Both the position numbers and the translations under genes were made by a program. From Anthoceros angustus (lineage: Eukaryota > Plantae > Anthocerotophyta), in assembly GCA_010909165.1 (NCBI GenBank), contig MU008157.1, forward strand, positions 1,054,001 through 1,118,000: a stretch of 64,000 nucleotides of DNA, written 5' to 3'. The notes under the pieces were generated by a model. That model worked only from the letters and a program-made list of their open reading frames with translations. It was not told the DNA's origin and did not search any database. Shown in pieces: positions 34,900 to 48,533 of this stretch (positions are counted from its first letter, which is position 1; every line of letters starts with the position of its first letter).

Positions 34900-37800
34900 G
34901 GCGTGGGCGCAAGACATGATACTTTACTTTGTGAAATCCTCCTCCTCTTATAGGAGGCCTTCCACATACAACCTCCCTTAGGTGACCTACCGCAGTCACC
35001 TTTTCCAATTTTCTATTATTTCCTACCGCCAAAGATTTAATGTCCGCACCTAAGTCTATTGTCCGATCCTTGGTAAATTCTATTCTAGTAACTTCACCTA
35101 AGACCATCCTTGAAGGATGTCGTCTACACCTATCCTTCTATTCTTCTAAAGCTCATTTATGGTCATTGACCATTCTTAGTCTTATCATGGGTGGTGACGG
35201 TCCCTTGTGGATTGGCTCCCTCGCCCTCCTTTTGCTCTGCCCCGGATCTTGTCGCCTTCCTAATGTGTGGGGCAAGTACAATCTGCCCCTTCCTCCATCT
35301 TCTCATCCTCTTCCTCCTCCTCCTCCTCCTCCTCCTCCTCCTCCTCCTCCTCCTCCTCCTCTTATAGGAGGCCTTCCACATACAACCTCCCTTAGGTGAC
35401 CTACCGGTAGTCTGGCGGACTACGGGTGGTGACCTACCATGGTAGTCGGTCCCTATCTCCTTCTTCTCCTTCCTCTCCATCGGTGATGTCTGGTGAGTTC
35501 CTTTTGCTCTTGCTTCTTTGTTTGGTTTGTCCATACCTATCAGAGCATGTCTTCAAAAGAATCTTCCCCATTATTTGACCATGTTGCTACTAACTCCTTC
35601 CTTCTTGGTCTCCTCTCGGGCCTGGCTCCTCCCTTATCGTGGGCGGGAACTTCTCACCCTCCCCTTCCTCGTGGTGGACCCGTCCTTAGTCTCCTCCGGT
35701 GGGGTTGTCTCTCCCACCACCCCAGCTGCTCCTCAGGACCCCGGCTCCTTCATCCTCGGCCGGGCCTCGCGGCGACTCCCCAGCTCCTCCTTGCCTTCCT
35801 AACAACATCCTACAACTCAAGTTCCAAGGTCTAAAGTCTAAGGTTTTAGAAAAGCCTTGCAATTAAGGTGGCATGTTACTTACCTACCACGGTAGTCTGG
35901 CGGACTACCGTGGTAGTGGTCACCCGTGGTAGGTTGACCCCGGAGGTGGGCTTTCCCCTCCTTGCCCTTCCTCCTTGCCTTCCTAATGTGTGGGGCAAGT
36001 ACAATCTGCCCCTTCCTCCATCTCCATGGCCTGGATTCCTCTTCCTCCTCCTCCTCCTCCTCCTCCTCCTCCTCCTCCTCCTCCTCCTCCTCCTCTTATA
36101 GGAGGCCTTCCACATACAACCTCCCTTAGGTGACCTACCATGGTAGTCCGCCCTATCTCCTTCTTCTCCTTCCTCTCCATCGGTGATGTCTGGGTGAGTT
36201 CCTTTTGCTCTTCTTTGGTTTGTCCATACCTATCAGAGCATGTCTTCAAAAGAATCTTCCCCATTGTGACCATGTTGCTACTAACTCCTTGTTGGTCTCC
36301 TCTCTCAGCTCCTCCCTTATCAGGTGGGGAACTTCTCACCCTCCCCTTCCTCGTGGTGGACCCGTCCTTAGTCTCCTCGGTGGGGTTGTCTCTCCCACCA
36401 CCCCAGCTCCTCCGGGGTATACTCGGACCCCGGCTCCTTCATCATCATGAGGACCCAATGTCCTCCTCTTATAGGAGGCCTTCCACATACAACCTCCCTT
36501 GGGTGACCCCTACCGCGGTAGTCAGCGGACTACGGGTGGTGACCTACCATGGTAGTCGGTCCCTATCTCCTTCTTCTCCTTCCTCTCCATCGGTGATGTC
36601 TGGGTGAGTTCCTTTGCTCCTTCCTTTGTTTGGTTTGTCCATACCTATCAGAGCATGTCTTCAAAAGAATCTTCCCCATTGTGACCATGTTGCTACTAAC
36701 TCCTTGCTCTAATTGGGCAAAATGCTCCTCCTTGCTCTAATTGGGCAAAATGCTCCTCCCTTATCAGGTGGGGAACTTCTCACCCTCCCCTTCCTCGTGG
36801 TGGACCCGTCCTTAGTCTCCTCGGTGGGGTTGTCTCTCCCACCACCCCAGCTCCTCCGGGGTATACTCGGACCCCGGCTCCTTCATCCTCGGCCGGGCCT
36901 CGCGGCGATCTCCGCCCGGGCTGCCCTACCGGTAGTCTGGCGGACTACCGTGGTGGTGTCTACCACGGTAGTCAGCGGACTACCGTGGTAGGTGGTCACC
37001 CGTGGTAGGTTGACCCCGGAGGTGGGCTTTCCCCTCCTTGCTTGCTCTGCGCCACCTTCTACCTTTGGCGCTCGGCGCTCCCTCTCGACTCCTCAGTTCC
37101 TCGGAGTCCATTTGATGGCCTCATCAAAATCGGAGGCCTCTTTTATTGCGGCTCCTTCATCATCATCATGAGGACCCAATGTCCTCCTCTTGGCCAAACG
37201 CAAGATCTCATTGTTGGCCTTCAAAATCTATTGTGGAGGTGAGCCCCAAGCTATGATATTGCATTTGGAGATCATCAATCTCCGTGGGCCACTCTCCATC
37301 TTCACACCTACCTTTGTAGGCGTCCCTTGAGGTGGTCAATTCCCCACCTTGACATGGAGGTCACATTCTCCTCCTTGCTTCCTTATTTGGCTGGCCAATT
37401 TTGCACGAAGGGCATAATCGCCCAAAACCTTCGCTTCCTTACTACCGGCATTCATGCACCACCTTCTTGTGGTACTCCTCCTCCTCAGTTCCTCGGAGTC
37501 CATTTGTTACGAGTCCTCAAAAATCTATTGTTGAGCAAGCCCCTTCCTCTCCTTGCCTTCCTAATGTGTGGGGCAAGTACAATCTGCCCCTTCCTCCATC
37601 TCCATGGCCTGGATTCCTCTTCCCCTTCCTCCTCCTCCTCCTCCTCCTCCTCCTCCTCCTCCTCCTCCTCCTCTTATAGGAGGCCTTCCACATACAACCT
37701 CCCTTAGGTGACCTACCATGGTAGTCCGCCCTATCTCCTTCTTCTCCTTCCTTCCTCTCCATCGGTGATGTCTGGGTGAGTTCCTTTGCTCTTCTTTTGG

Positions 37801-38330
37801 TTTGTCCATACCTATCAGAGCATGTCTTCAAAAGAATCTTCCCCATTCACCCAATGTTGCTACTAACTCTCGGGCCTTTTGCTCCTTCCTCCTCCTCTTA
37901 TAGGAGGCCTTCCACATACAACCTCCCTTATCGTGGGCGGGAACTTCTCACCCTCCCCTTCCTCGTGGACCCGTCCTTAGTCTCCTCCGGTGGGGTTGTC
38001 TCTCCCACCACCCCAGCCTCCTCCGGGGTATACTACCGGACCCCGGCTCCTTCATCATCATCATCATCATGAGGACCCAATGTCCTCCTCCTCCTCCTCC
38101 TCCTCCTCCTCCTCCTCCTCCTCCTCCTCGGTGGGGTTGTCTCTCCCACCACGTAGTCCGGACTACCGTGGTAGGTGGTCACCCGTGGTAGGTTGACCCC
38201 GGAGGTGGGCTTTCCCCTCCTTGCTCTGCGCCACCTTCTTTCCAATTGCCATTTGGTCCATGGATGGCAACCAAGACCTTCTCCTCCTCCTCCTCCTCAG
38301 TTCCTCGGAGTCCATTTGATGGCCTCATCA
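34900..38330. repeat. Mosaic of re-used segments with (CCT)n microsatellites and GGTGACCTACC/CTACCACGGTAGTC motifs
   Basis: (CCT)n at ~35312-35362, 36040-36093, 37607-37673, 38083-38127. The block GGTGACCTACCATGGTAGTC..AAAAGAATCTTCCCCATT recurs four times (~35432, 36129, 36538, 37708). Confidence 0.85.
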
Positions 38331-41300
38331 AAATCGGAGGCCTCCGGGCTGCACTGCAGCTCCTTCATCATCATCATGAGGACCCAATGTCCTCCTCTTG
38401 GCCAAACGCAAGATCTCATTGTTGGCCTTCAAAATTCTATTGTGGAGGTGAGCCCCCAAGCTATGATATTGCATTTGGAGATCATCAATTTCCGTGGGCC
38501 ACTCTCCATCTTCGCACCTACCTTTGTAGGCGTCCCTTGAGTTGGTCAATTCCCCCACCTTGACATGGAGGGTCACATTCTCCTCCCTTGCTTCCTTCAG
38601 CTGGCTGGCCAATTTTGCCTGAAGGGCATAATCTGCCCAAAACCTTCGCTTCCTTACTACCAGCATTTTTTGTGGTACTCCTCCTCCTGGGACCTTTTTC
38701 CTTCCAAGTCCCCTAGTCGTTGAGCAAGCCCTTCCCTCTCCGCTTGCCAAGCACCTTTCTCGCCTCCTGACTGGTTTTGAATTTCCAGCTCGGCGCTTCT
38801 CTTCCAAACTAAACCGGCTCTTCTCAACTCTTCCTTCATGTCCGGATCCGGATGGCTTGTAGCCATCACTTGCCCATTGCTGGACCGCTACCTTCTCCTT
38901 CCGAGAGCCTCTGTTTTGCCCTTTCGCTCTTGCTCTAATTGGGCAAAATGCTCCTCATATACATCTCCATGAGTCCGTTGGGTGGTTGCTCGGAATGGCT
39001 CTTTCTTGGTTTGACAACCTTCCCTCAGGACCTTCTCCTTCCCTTGCCTTCCTCATCCACGAATTTGGCTTGAGGAGCTTCTCCTGACCTTTCGGCTTGG
39101 CTGCCTTTTCGTCGGACTCCATGGCCTCCAATTGCCATTTGGTCCTGCCTTCCTCCGGCCATGTCTTGGGCTTTCACTTCCTCTTGGCATGCCCACAAGG
39201 AGGCTGCTAGCCCCTTCAAATCCACACGGTGAGTGCTTCACAAGCACCCAATTCTCCTAGGGGTCCTAATTCCACCCCTCTTCTTCTTGCTGGAAATTTC
39301 CAGCTCTCCTCCTCCTCTTGCTTTGCATCGACCATACGAATATCCTTCTTTGGTTTTGGACCCCTTTCACGTCGCTCCATCCGCTCTCCCACCCAGCGGA
39401 GATGGTGGCCTCGGCGCCGCTTCGCTCTCGCGTTCTTCTCCTTCCGAGAGCCTCTGTTTTGCCCTTTCGCTCTTGCTCTAATTGGGCAAAATGCTCCTCC
39501 GCCTTCTTCCTTTCTCCATGAGTCCGTTGGGTGGTTGCTCGGATGGCTCTTTCTTGGTTTGACAACCTCCCTCCAAGACCTTCTCCTTCCCTTGCCTTCC
39601 TCATCCACGAATTTGGCTTGAGGAGCTTCTCCTGACCTTTCGGCTTGGCTGCCTTTTCATCGGACTCCATGGCCTCCAATTGCCATTTGGTCCTGCCTTC
39701 CTCCGGCCATGTCTTGGGCTTTCACTTCCTCTTGGCATGCCCACAAGGAGGCTGCTAGCTCTAGCCCCTTCAAATCCACACGGTGAGTGCTTCACAAGCA
39801 CCCAATTCTCCTAGGGGTCCTAATTCCACCCCTCTCTTCTTCTTGCTGGAAATTTCCAGCTCTCCTCCTCCTTGCCTTCCTCGGCGGGTCCCTCACTGCC
39901 GCTCCATCCGCTCTCCCACCCGGCGGAGATGGTGGCCTCGGCGCTTCTCTTCCAGCCATTCTTGGCGTTCTTCTCCTTCCCTTGCCTTCCTCCTCCTCGG
40001 TCTTCCAGCCATTCTTGGCGTGGGGTGCCTCTCTCGTAGGCACAAAGGAGATGGTGGGGACTCCCCACCTTGAGGTGGTCAATTCCCCACCTTGACATGG
40101 AGGTCACATTGCCATTTGGTCCTGCCTTCCAGCCATTCTTGGCGTGGGGTGCCTCTCTCGTAGGCACAAAGGAGATGGTGGGGACTCCCCCACTCTTGTC
40201 ACCCCTCCTGTGGTCCTTCTCTCATAGACCACCATTCGGCCTTCCTCCGGCCATGTCTCGCGTTCTTCTCCTTCCCTTGCTTGCTCTGTGGAAAGATTCC
40301 CACTCCGGCAACCTTGTTGCCTCCTCTCCTCTTGCCTCTAGCATGCTTGTGGAGTCGACCTCCCGTCTTCCTCAATGCAAAGGCAAAGGCCTTTCCAACG
40401 GCGGAGATGGATGACCTCAAAGGGATGCCATGCATCTTCAAGCTCCTTGCTTGTGAAGTCCCTCGGTTTCCCATAAATGCACCAAATAGGTGCTGAGGTA
40501 GCAGGCCTTGGCCTTCCTCATCCACGAATTTGGCTTGAGGAGCTTCTCGATGGTGGATGTAGGCCTTCATACATGATGGTTCCCCAATCGGCTTGGCTCC
40601 CATGGAAATCTTCCACAAAAATTGGAGGAAGTTGGTCTTTGAAATAAGAAGTGCGTTGGTAATTTACCAACCCCAGCACAATCTTTGCGAAGAGCCTCCA
40701 CTTGACTCCTTGATGCTCTCGGTCTTCCAGCCATTCTTGGCGTGGGCCTTCACTCCTCCATCCATCATGTCGAGGAACTCTGCGGGATATCGGAGAGGTC
40801 CTCTTCCCTCCATTTGACCTTTCGAGGAGAGCAATTCGAGCTCTCCTCCTCCTCCTCCATACACACTGAATGCTTACGGTCCAGCGGATCCGTTCGAGCA
40901 TTCCTCCGGCAGCGGCTGGATTGATGGAGGTTGATGTAACACTCCTCAATCAATTCCAAATTGGTGTAGGCCCATTGGCGGCCATACACCCATCAATTGG
41001 ATGTTCTCCTCCTCGCCTTGCGAAAATCAACCAAATCTCGGGGTTGCTGCCCGGCAAAGCAAGTGAATTGGGCATCACAAGTTCACCTCCTCCTCCTCCT
41101 CCTCCTCCTCCTCGCCTTCTTCCTTTCTCCTCTCGAGGAAGAGCCCTTGCGGCTCCTTCCCTTGCCTTTTTCCTCGAGGCATGGTGCGTCTTCAAGCTTC
41201 AAGGAAGGAAATTCCCCAATTGGATGTTCTCCTCCTCTTCTTCTTCCTTCCTCCGGCCATTCTTGGCGTGGGGTGCCTCTCTCGTAGGCACAAAGGAGAT

Positions 41301-43110
41301 GGTGGGGACTCCCCACCTTGGGGTGCCTCTCTCGTAGGCACAAAGGAGATGGTGGCCTCGGCGCTTCTCTTCCAGCCATTCTTGGCGTGGGGTGCCTCTC
41401 TCGTAGGCACAAAGGAGATGGTGGGGACTCCCCACCTTGACATGGAGGGTCACATTCTCCTCCTCTTGGCATCTTTCTCTATGGTCCTTCTCTCATAGAC
41501 CACCATTCGGCCTTCCTCCGGCCATGTCTCGCGTTCTTCTCCCTTGCTTGCTCACAGCGGGAAAGATTCCCACTCCGGCAACCTTGTTGCCTCCTCTCCT
41601 CCTCTTGCCTCTAGCATGCTTGTGGAGTCGACCTCCCGTCTTCCTCAATGCAAAGGCAAAGGCCTTTCCAACCTCTGGAGATGGATGACCTCAAAGGATG
41701 CCATGCATCTTCAAGCTCCTTGCTTGTGAGAAGTCCCTCGGTTTCCCATAAATGCACCAAATAGGTGCTGAGGTAGCAGGCCTTGGCCTTCCTCATCCAC
41801 GAATTTGGCTTGAGGAGCTTCTCGATGGTGGATGTAGGCCTTCATACATGATGGTTCCCCAATCCGGCTTGGCTCCCATGGAAATCTTCCACAAAAATTG
41901 GAGGAAGTTGGTGCTGAAATAAGAAGTTCGTTGGTAATTCACCAACCCCAGCACAATCTTTGCGAAGAGCCTCCACTTCAGCTCCTTGATGCTCTCTGTT
42001 TTCCAGCCATTCTTGGCGTGGGCCTTCACTCCTCCATCCATCATGTCAAGGAATTCTTGCGGAATATCGGAGAGGGCTGTCCTCTTCCCTCCATTCGACC
42101 TTTCGAGGAGAGCAATTCCAGAGCTCTCCTCCTCCGGTCTTCCATACACCTGTCGAATGCTTCTTTCCAATTGCCATTTGGTCCATGGATGGCAACCAAG
42201 ACCTTCTCCTCTTGGCATGCCCACAAGGCTGCCCGATTGATGGAGGTTGATGTAACACTCCTCAATCAATTCCAAATTGGTGTAGGCCCATTGGCGGCCA
42301 TACACCCATCAATTGGATGTTCTCCTCCTCGCCTTGCGAAAATCAACCAAATCTCGGGGTTGAGCTGCCAAGCAAGTGAATTGGGCATCACAAGTTCACC
42401 TCCTCCTCCTCCTCCGCCTTCTTCCTTTCTCCTCTCGAGGAAGAGCCCTTGCGCGGCTCCTTCCCTTGCCTCTAGCATGCTTGTGGAGGTCGACCTCCCA
42501 CCGCCTTCCTCAATGCAAAGGCAAAGGCCTTTCCAACCTCGGCGGAGATGGATGACCTCAAAGGATGCCATGCATCTTCAAGCTCCTTGCTTGTGAGAAG
42601 TCCCTCGGTTTCCCATAAATGCACCAAATAGGTGCTGAGGTAGCAGGCCTTGGCCTTCCTCATCCACGAATTTGGCTTGAGGAGCTTCTCGATGGTGGAT
42701 GTACGCTTCATACATGATGGTCCCCAATCGGCTTGGCTCCCATGGAAATCTTCCACAAAAATTGGAGGAAGTTGGTCTTTGAAATAAGAAGTGCGTTGGT
42801 AATTTACCAACCCCAGCACAATCTTTGCGAAGAGCCTCCACTTGACTCCTTGATGCTCTCGGTCTTCCAGCCATTCTTGGCGTGGGCCTTCACTCCTCCA
42901 TCCATCATGTCAAGGAACTCTGCGGGATGTCGAGAGGGCTGTCCTCTTCCCTCCATTCGACCTTTCGAGGAGAGCAATTCGAGCTCTCCTCCTCCGCCTT
43001 CCTCATCCACGAATTTGGCTTGAGGAGCTTCTCCTTCCCTTGCCTTCCTAACAATATCCTACAACTCAAGTTCCAAAAGAACCAAATCTCGGGGTTGCTG
43101 CCCGATTGAT
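38328..43110 (-). pseudogene. Gypsy family B accessory ORF, several shuffled partial copies
   Basis: Fragments W.YTNLELIEEC, VYGRPEEES, AHAKNGWKTESIKE..WRLFAKIVLGLVNYQRTSYF, DWGTIMYE, CYLSTYLVHLWETEGLLT (40500-41000, 41793-42305, 42472-43010) align with the family A ORF. Coiled-coil part at 38328-38807. Confidence 0.7.
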
Positions 43111-44689
43111 GGAGGTTGATGTAACACTCCTCAATCAATTCCAATTGGTGTAGGCCCATTGGCGGCCATACACCCATCCAATTGGATGTTCTCCTCCTCG
43201 CCTTGCGAAAATCAACCAAATCTCGGGGTTGCTGCCCAAAGCAAGTGAATTGGGGCATCACAAGTTCACCTCCCACGGCGCAGCCTGCTGCTTCTTTCCT
43301 TTCTCCTCTCGAGGAAGAGCCCTTGCGGCTCCTTCCCTTGCCTTTTCCTCGAGGCATGGCTCTTCTTCTTCAAGCTTCAAGGAAGGAATTACTTCCCAAT
43401 TGGATGTTCTCCTCCTCTTCTTCTTCTCCTCAAGGCTACACTTAACCATTGGATGGCAACCAAGACCTCACGAATATATTTCCACATTGCCGCCAATTCT
43501 CCTTGATGCTCTCGGTCTTCCAGCCATTCTTGGCGTTGCTTGGCATCTTCGTTTTCCTCAACTTCTTCCTCAACTTCTTCCTTCCTCCTCTTGCTTCCTC
43601 AACTTCTTCCTCATCCACGAATTTGGCTTGAGGAGCTTCTCCTTCCCTTGCCTTCCTCCTCTTGCTTCCTCAACTTCTTCCTTCCTCCTTCCTCCTCTTC
43701 TTCTTCTTCTCCTTGCGCGCGCCTTCCTCGGCGATGGCGATGGCGATGGCGTTTTCCTTCTCCTTCCCTTGCCTCTAGCATGCTTGCACCGAATGTCCAA
43801 TTGTGCATTGAGGAGGACCTTGGTCACATTGCCGCCATTGAAGTTGCTTGGCGCCCAAACTTTGCACTTTGCCTCTTTGGATGCCACGGAGGCCACAACC
43901 CTAGATTGGGTTCATCATTCCAAAATCCTAATCTACCTATTTTCCTATTTTCCTATCCTAATTAATCACTTCTAATTACTCTTTATATTATTCCCTATTG
44001 GTGAGCATATATAGTGGATATCCCCCTATTCTAAATTTCCTTTTTGCGAGATTGTTCATCATCATGTTATCACATGACTTGTAGCTGGTATATGAGATAC
44101 TCTTTCTCCTCTTCCTTCCTCGGCGATGGCGATGGCGATGGCGATGGCGCGGTGATGGCTTCTTCCTCCTTGCCTTCCTCGGCTTGGCTCCCATGGAAAT
44201 CTTCCACAAAAATTGGAGGAAGTTGCCCAAACACTTTGCCTCTTTGGATGCGCCACAGGCCACAACCCTAGATTGGGTTCATCATTCCAAAATCCTAATC
44301 TACCTATTTTCCTATTTTCCTTCCTCCTTGCCTTCCTAATTAATCACTTCTAATTACTCTTTATATTATTCCCTATTGGTGAGCATATATAGTGGATATC
44401 CCCCTATTCTAAATTTCCTTTAGCGAGATGTTATTGTTCCATCCAATAAATATGCAATGGAGTCGACCTCCCGTCTTCCTCATCCACGAATTTGGCTTGA
44501 GGAGCTTCTCCTTCCCTTGCCTTCCTCCTCACCACAAGGTGGTTTCGACCCGTTCTTTTCCCTAAGTATCCTCCTTGCCTTCCTAACAACATCCTACAAC
44601 TCAAGTTCCAAAAGAACCAAAAACGTTAGCATGCTTCCTCTACACCATTTCTAATCAAAAGAAGTTGAACTGTTGCAAAACAAACTCAC

Positions 44690-45270
44690 TTGATCCGATG
44701 GCGAACTTTTGCGTTCCCATGTTGTTTTATTCCCAACTTGTACTCGGCTTTGAGGCGTCACAATATATGGCCAGCTTTGCCTCCCCGCTCCATATCGTGC
44801 AATTAAGAATTGTCTTCATGAACTCAGATGGAATTCTTCTAATGAGCGTGTGTGGAGTACCATGTAGACCGACATCTTTCTCTATGGTCCTTGGGCAAAG
44901 AACACAATAATTCTAGAAGGAGCTGTTAATATACGAACCCCTTCTTTTGGTTTTGGACCCCTTTCACGAAGTCGACACAATCCTTAATACGACATTACCC
45001 TTGTTGTTCCGTCCACAAACAAAAAGTCTGCATTTTTCTATTGACATGATAGAGAGCCTATGTAGGCGCCGCCGCGCCCCTCCGTGATGTGTTCATGGAC
45101 ACCATTCAATAACTTCAGATCAAAACTAAACATGGTTCTCGTTGGAAAGAAACAAAACCGAATGTTGTATCGACATAGAATGTATGACCACTTCTAAGTT
45201 CCACGTCGCTCCACTTCTAGGTCTTCAAAACCGTCGTTCTTGCCCATTGCTTGGCATCTTCGTTTTCCTC
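44690..45270 (-). pseudogene. Gypsy gag remnant (copy of the array unit)
   Basis: Same sequence as 61850-62420. Confidence 0.65.
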
Positions 45271-46403
45271 AACTTCTTCCTTCCTCCTTCCTCGTCCATT
45301 GCGTTGGTGGTTACCTTCTCCTTGCGCGCGCCTTCCTCCTTCCTCGTCCATTGCGTTGGTGGTTACCTTCTCCTCCTTCCTCGTCCATTGCGTTGGTGGT
45401 TGCCCAAACTTTGAAAAATATTATATATATTATTCCCAACTTGTACTCGGCTTTGAGGCGTCACAATATATGGCCAGCTTTGCCTCTTTGGATGCCACGG
45501 AGGCCACAACCCTAGATTGGGTTCATCATTCCAAAATCCTAATCTACCTATTTTCCTATTTTCCTATCCTAATTAATCACTTCTAATTACTCTTTATATT
45601 ATTCCCTATTGGTGAGCATATATAGTGGATATCCCCCTATTCTAAATTTCCTTTTCCTCGAGGCATCACGGTGACATGCCATCGTTAGATAATAAGGTCT
45701 TCTTGGTGGTTACCTTCTCCTCAAGGCTACACTTAACCATTGGATGGCGATGGCGATGGCGATGGCGATGGCGCGGTGATGGCTTCTTCCTCCTTCCTCC
45801 TTCCTCGTCCATTGCGTTGGGATCTTTTCTTCCTTCCTCGTCCATTGCGTTGGTGGTTGCCCAAACACTTTGCCTCTTTGGATGCGCCACAGGCCACAAC
45901 CCTAGATTGGGTTCATCATTCCAAAATCCTAATCTACCTATTTTCCTATTTTCTTTTCCCTAAGTATCCTCCTTGCCTTCCTAATTAATCACTTCTAATT
46001 ACTCTTTATATTATTCCCTATTGGTGAGCATATATAGTGGATATCCCCCTATTCTAAATTTCCTTTTCCTCGAGGCATCACAAGTTCACCTCTAAGTAAT
46101 TGCCTTAAACATACTAGTCCGCTCTTCTTCTTCACCTTGGTGAGGATTGTGCATTGAGGAGGACCTTGGTCACATTGCCATTGCATTTGGCACCTACTCT
46201 CCTCACCACAAGGTGGTTTCGACCCGTTCTTTTCCCTAAGTATCCTCCTTGCCTTCCTAACAATATCCTACAACTCCGACTTCAAGATTCTCGAAATTTT
46301 CTGGCATGCTCCTCTTCAATCGTTCTTAGCCAAAAAAATCAAACTTGTTCGTCTTGGCTTTTGGGCTGGTTGCCCAAACTTTTCGTTCCACATACTCCCC
46401 ACC

Positions 46404-47650
46404 TCACTGTTTGCGTCCTCGCAAACAACATTCGGGAAGGTACTTCTTGACCTTCCACCCATTTACTCTGGTCGGCAATAATTCGCCGCCCAGTACCCGG
46501 AGTTGCACGGATCCATTCTCGTATACTGCTACCACCTCGTAAGGTCCCATCCATCTCAATCTAAGCTTCCCTGGAAAGTCTAGGTATCGACTATCATATA
46601 GAAGAACCAAATCCCCGTCCACGATAGTCTCTTGCTTCCTCAACCTCCCATCATGCCTGTCCTTCCCGAGTTCCTGAATCCGCTGGGTTTCTTCTAAAGC
46701 ATCTTCCCTACGTTCCTCCTGCTCTATGAACGATTCTAGTCTAGCTACCTGGCTATCTTCTACAGTCATGCGTTCATCCTCCATGATCCTGTAGGTAGGT
46801 ACTTCAAATTCCACGGGCATCACAGGTGACATGCCATATGTTAGATAATAAGGGGTCTTCTTGGTGGTTACCTTCTCCTCCTCCTGTAAGCCCACTGCGA
46901 ATGCAACTTAGCATCCCAATCATACATGTGTGTCACCTTGGTGAGGATTGTGCAGCAACCCATTCGTCTTCTCCGTCAATCCATTCGCTTTGGGGTTGTA
47001 GGGGGTCGTCTTTCGATGCCGAATGTTGAAGTAGGTGGTTAGGGACTCAACGATGAGTTGAGGAAATGTGTCCCCTCACGACCAACTCTAAAGGACATCC
47101 ATACCTCGTTATGATGTTCTCGAATAAAAACTTTGCTCTGCGGTCGTCGTCCTTCCTCGTTGCTTGACTTCCACCATCTTCGTGCAATAATCCGTAGCCA
47201 CCAAAATGTACTGCTTCCTCGTCCATTGCGTTGGTGGCTTGATTGGTCCTACGAAATCGATTCCCCACTTCTCGAACGGTGCTAACGGTAAGATGTAGGT
47301 AAGAGGCCATTGTGTCGACAACGAGGCCGCCCAACCCTCGACACGCATCACACCTCGGTGAACTCCCACATCCTTTTGCATCGTAGCCCACGAACCCGCA
47401 TTCAAAATCTTCTTAACGGTCACACTGCGAATAGTGTCCACCTCCCTAGGGCCTTCTCCTCCTCCTCCTCCTCCTCCTCCTCCTCGCCTCGAGACACCGT
47501 CGAATCTTCTCGTCCGGCCCAAGTTTGTACAAGATGCCTTCCCGCAGGCAATAGGGTGCGGCTTTATGGAGAAAAACCGCCCGCCCTTCCTTGGACAAAC
47601 CATCCGGCATGATTCCATGCTCCAGGAATTTGTGTACTTCACCGCTCAAC
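46404..47650 (-). pseudogene. Ty3/Gypsy integrase (Athila/Tat-like), frameshifted
   Basis: PFEKWGIDFVGP..YILVATDYCTK; FLFENIITRYGCP; TPYYLTYG; GDLVLLYDSR..GKLRLRWMGPY..VNGWKVKKY (GPY/F module). Confidence 0.9.
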
Positions 47651-48533
47651 AGATACCTCGGGCATGAACGCCCCTCACGTTCTAATCTCCTCCTCCTCCT
47701 CCTCCTCCTCCTCCTCCTAGGACGTCCGTTAGTAGCTCCAGATGGCGTGTATCCATCTCGCCCACTTCTAGGTCTTCAAAACCGTCGTTCTTGCCCATTG
47801 CTTGGCATCTTCGTTTTCCTCAACTTCTTCCTCGTTGCTTGGCATCTTCGTTTTCCTCAACTGTTGCATGCTCTTCCTCGTCCATTGCGTTGGTGGTTAC
47901 CTTCTCCTCCTCGCTCCTAGCCTCGTGTCTAGGTCCATCTCGTACTCCCATGGCGACCTCCTCGACTTGTTGCACCTCCATGGTGATTTTGAGTGATTGC
48001 CCAGATCGCCAACTCCTCGTCGAAATCGGTCATCGTTCATCCTCCTCGTTCTTGCCCTCTGGTGTGTCCACCTCCCTAGGGCCTTCTCCTCCTCGCGGCC
48101 CTATGGCGCCTGGTTTCCGACCTCGCCAAGTGTGGTTCTTCTCGTCATTCAAAAACGGTGCTCTCATGTCCGTTTTTGCTTCTTCCTTTTGCCAACGTGT
48201 GGCCTCCACTTGCAGCCCTCCTGACTGCTCACCCTTGAGGAGCATTTCAGCCTCCTCCTCGCGCCCATGCTGGCGCCCTCTTATCCTCTCTCGGATTTCC
48301 AGATTGTCCTGCTGCAGCTTTTCCTGCACAACGCTCCCTTCTTGCTCATTTGGCCTCTCTGCTGGCAACAAGACTTGCTGATCAATTCTTAGGCCGTCTA
48401 CAACATGCTCACGTCCTCCCCCTTCGACCCAGGCCGTGGCAACCAACTCCTCGTCAGGAAATCGGTCATCCGTGGCCTCAAGTCGCTCTCCGCCAGACGA
48501 GAAATGAAATCGATTCGATGTTGCTTCCTCGGC

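Noticed and set aside
35163-38245. Poly-Arg, poly-Pro, poly-Gly, poly-Leu and poly-Ser ORFs
   Set aside because: Translations of (CCT)n microsatellites in rearranged repeat sequence.
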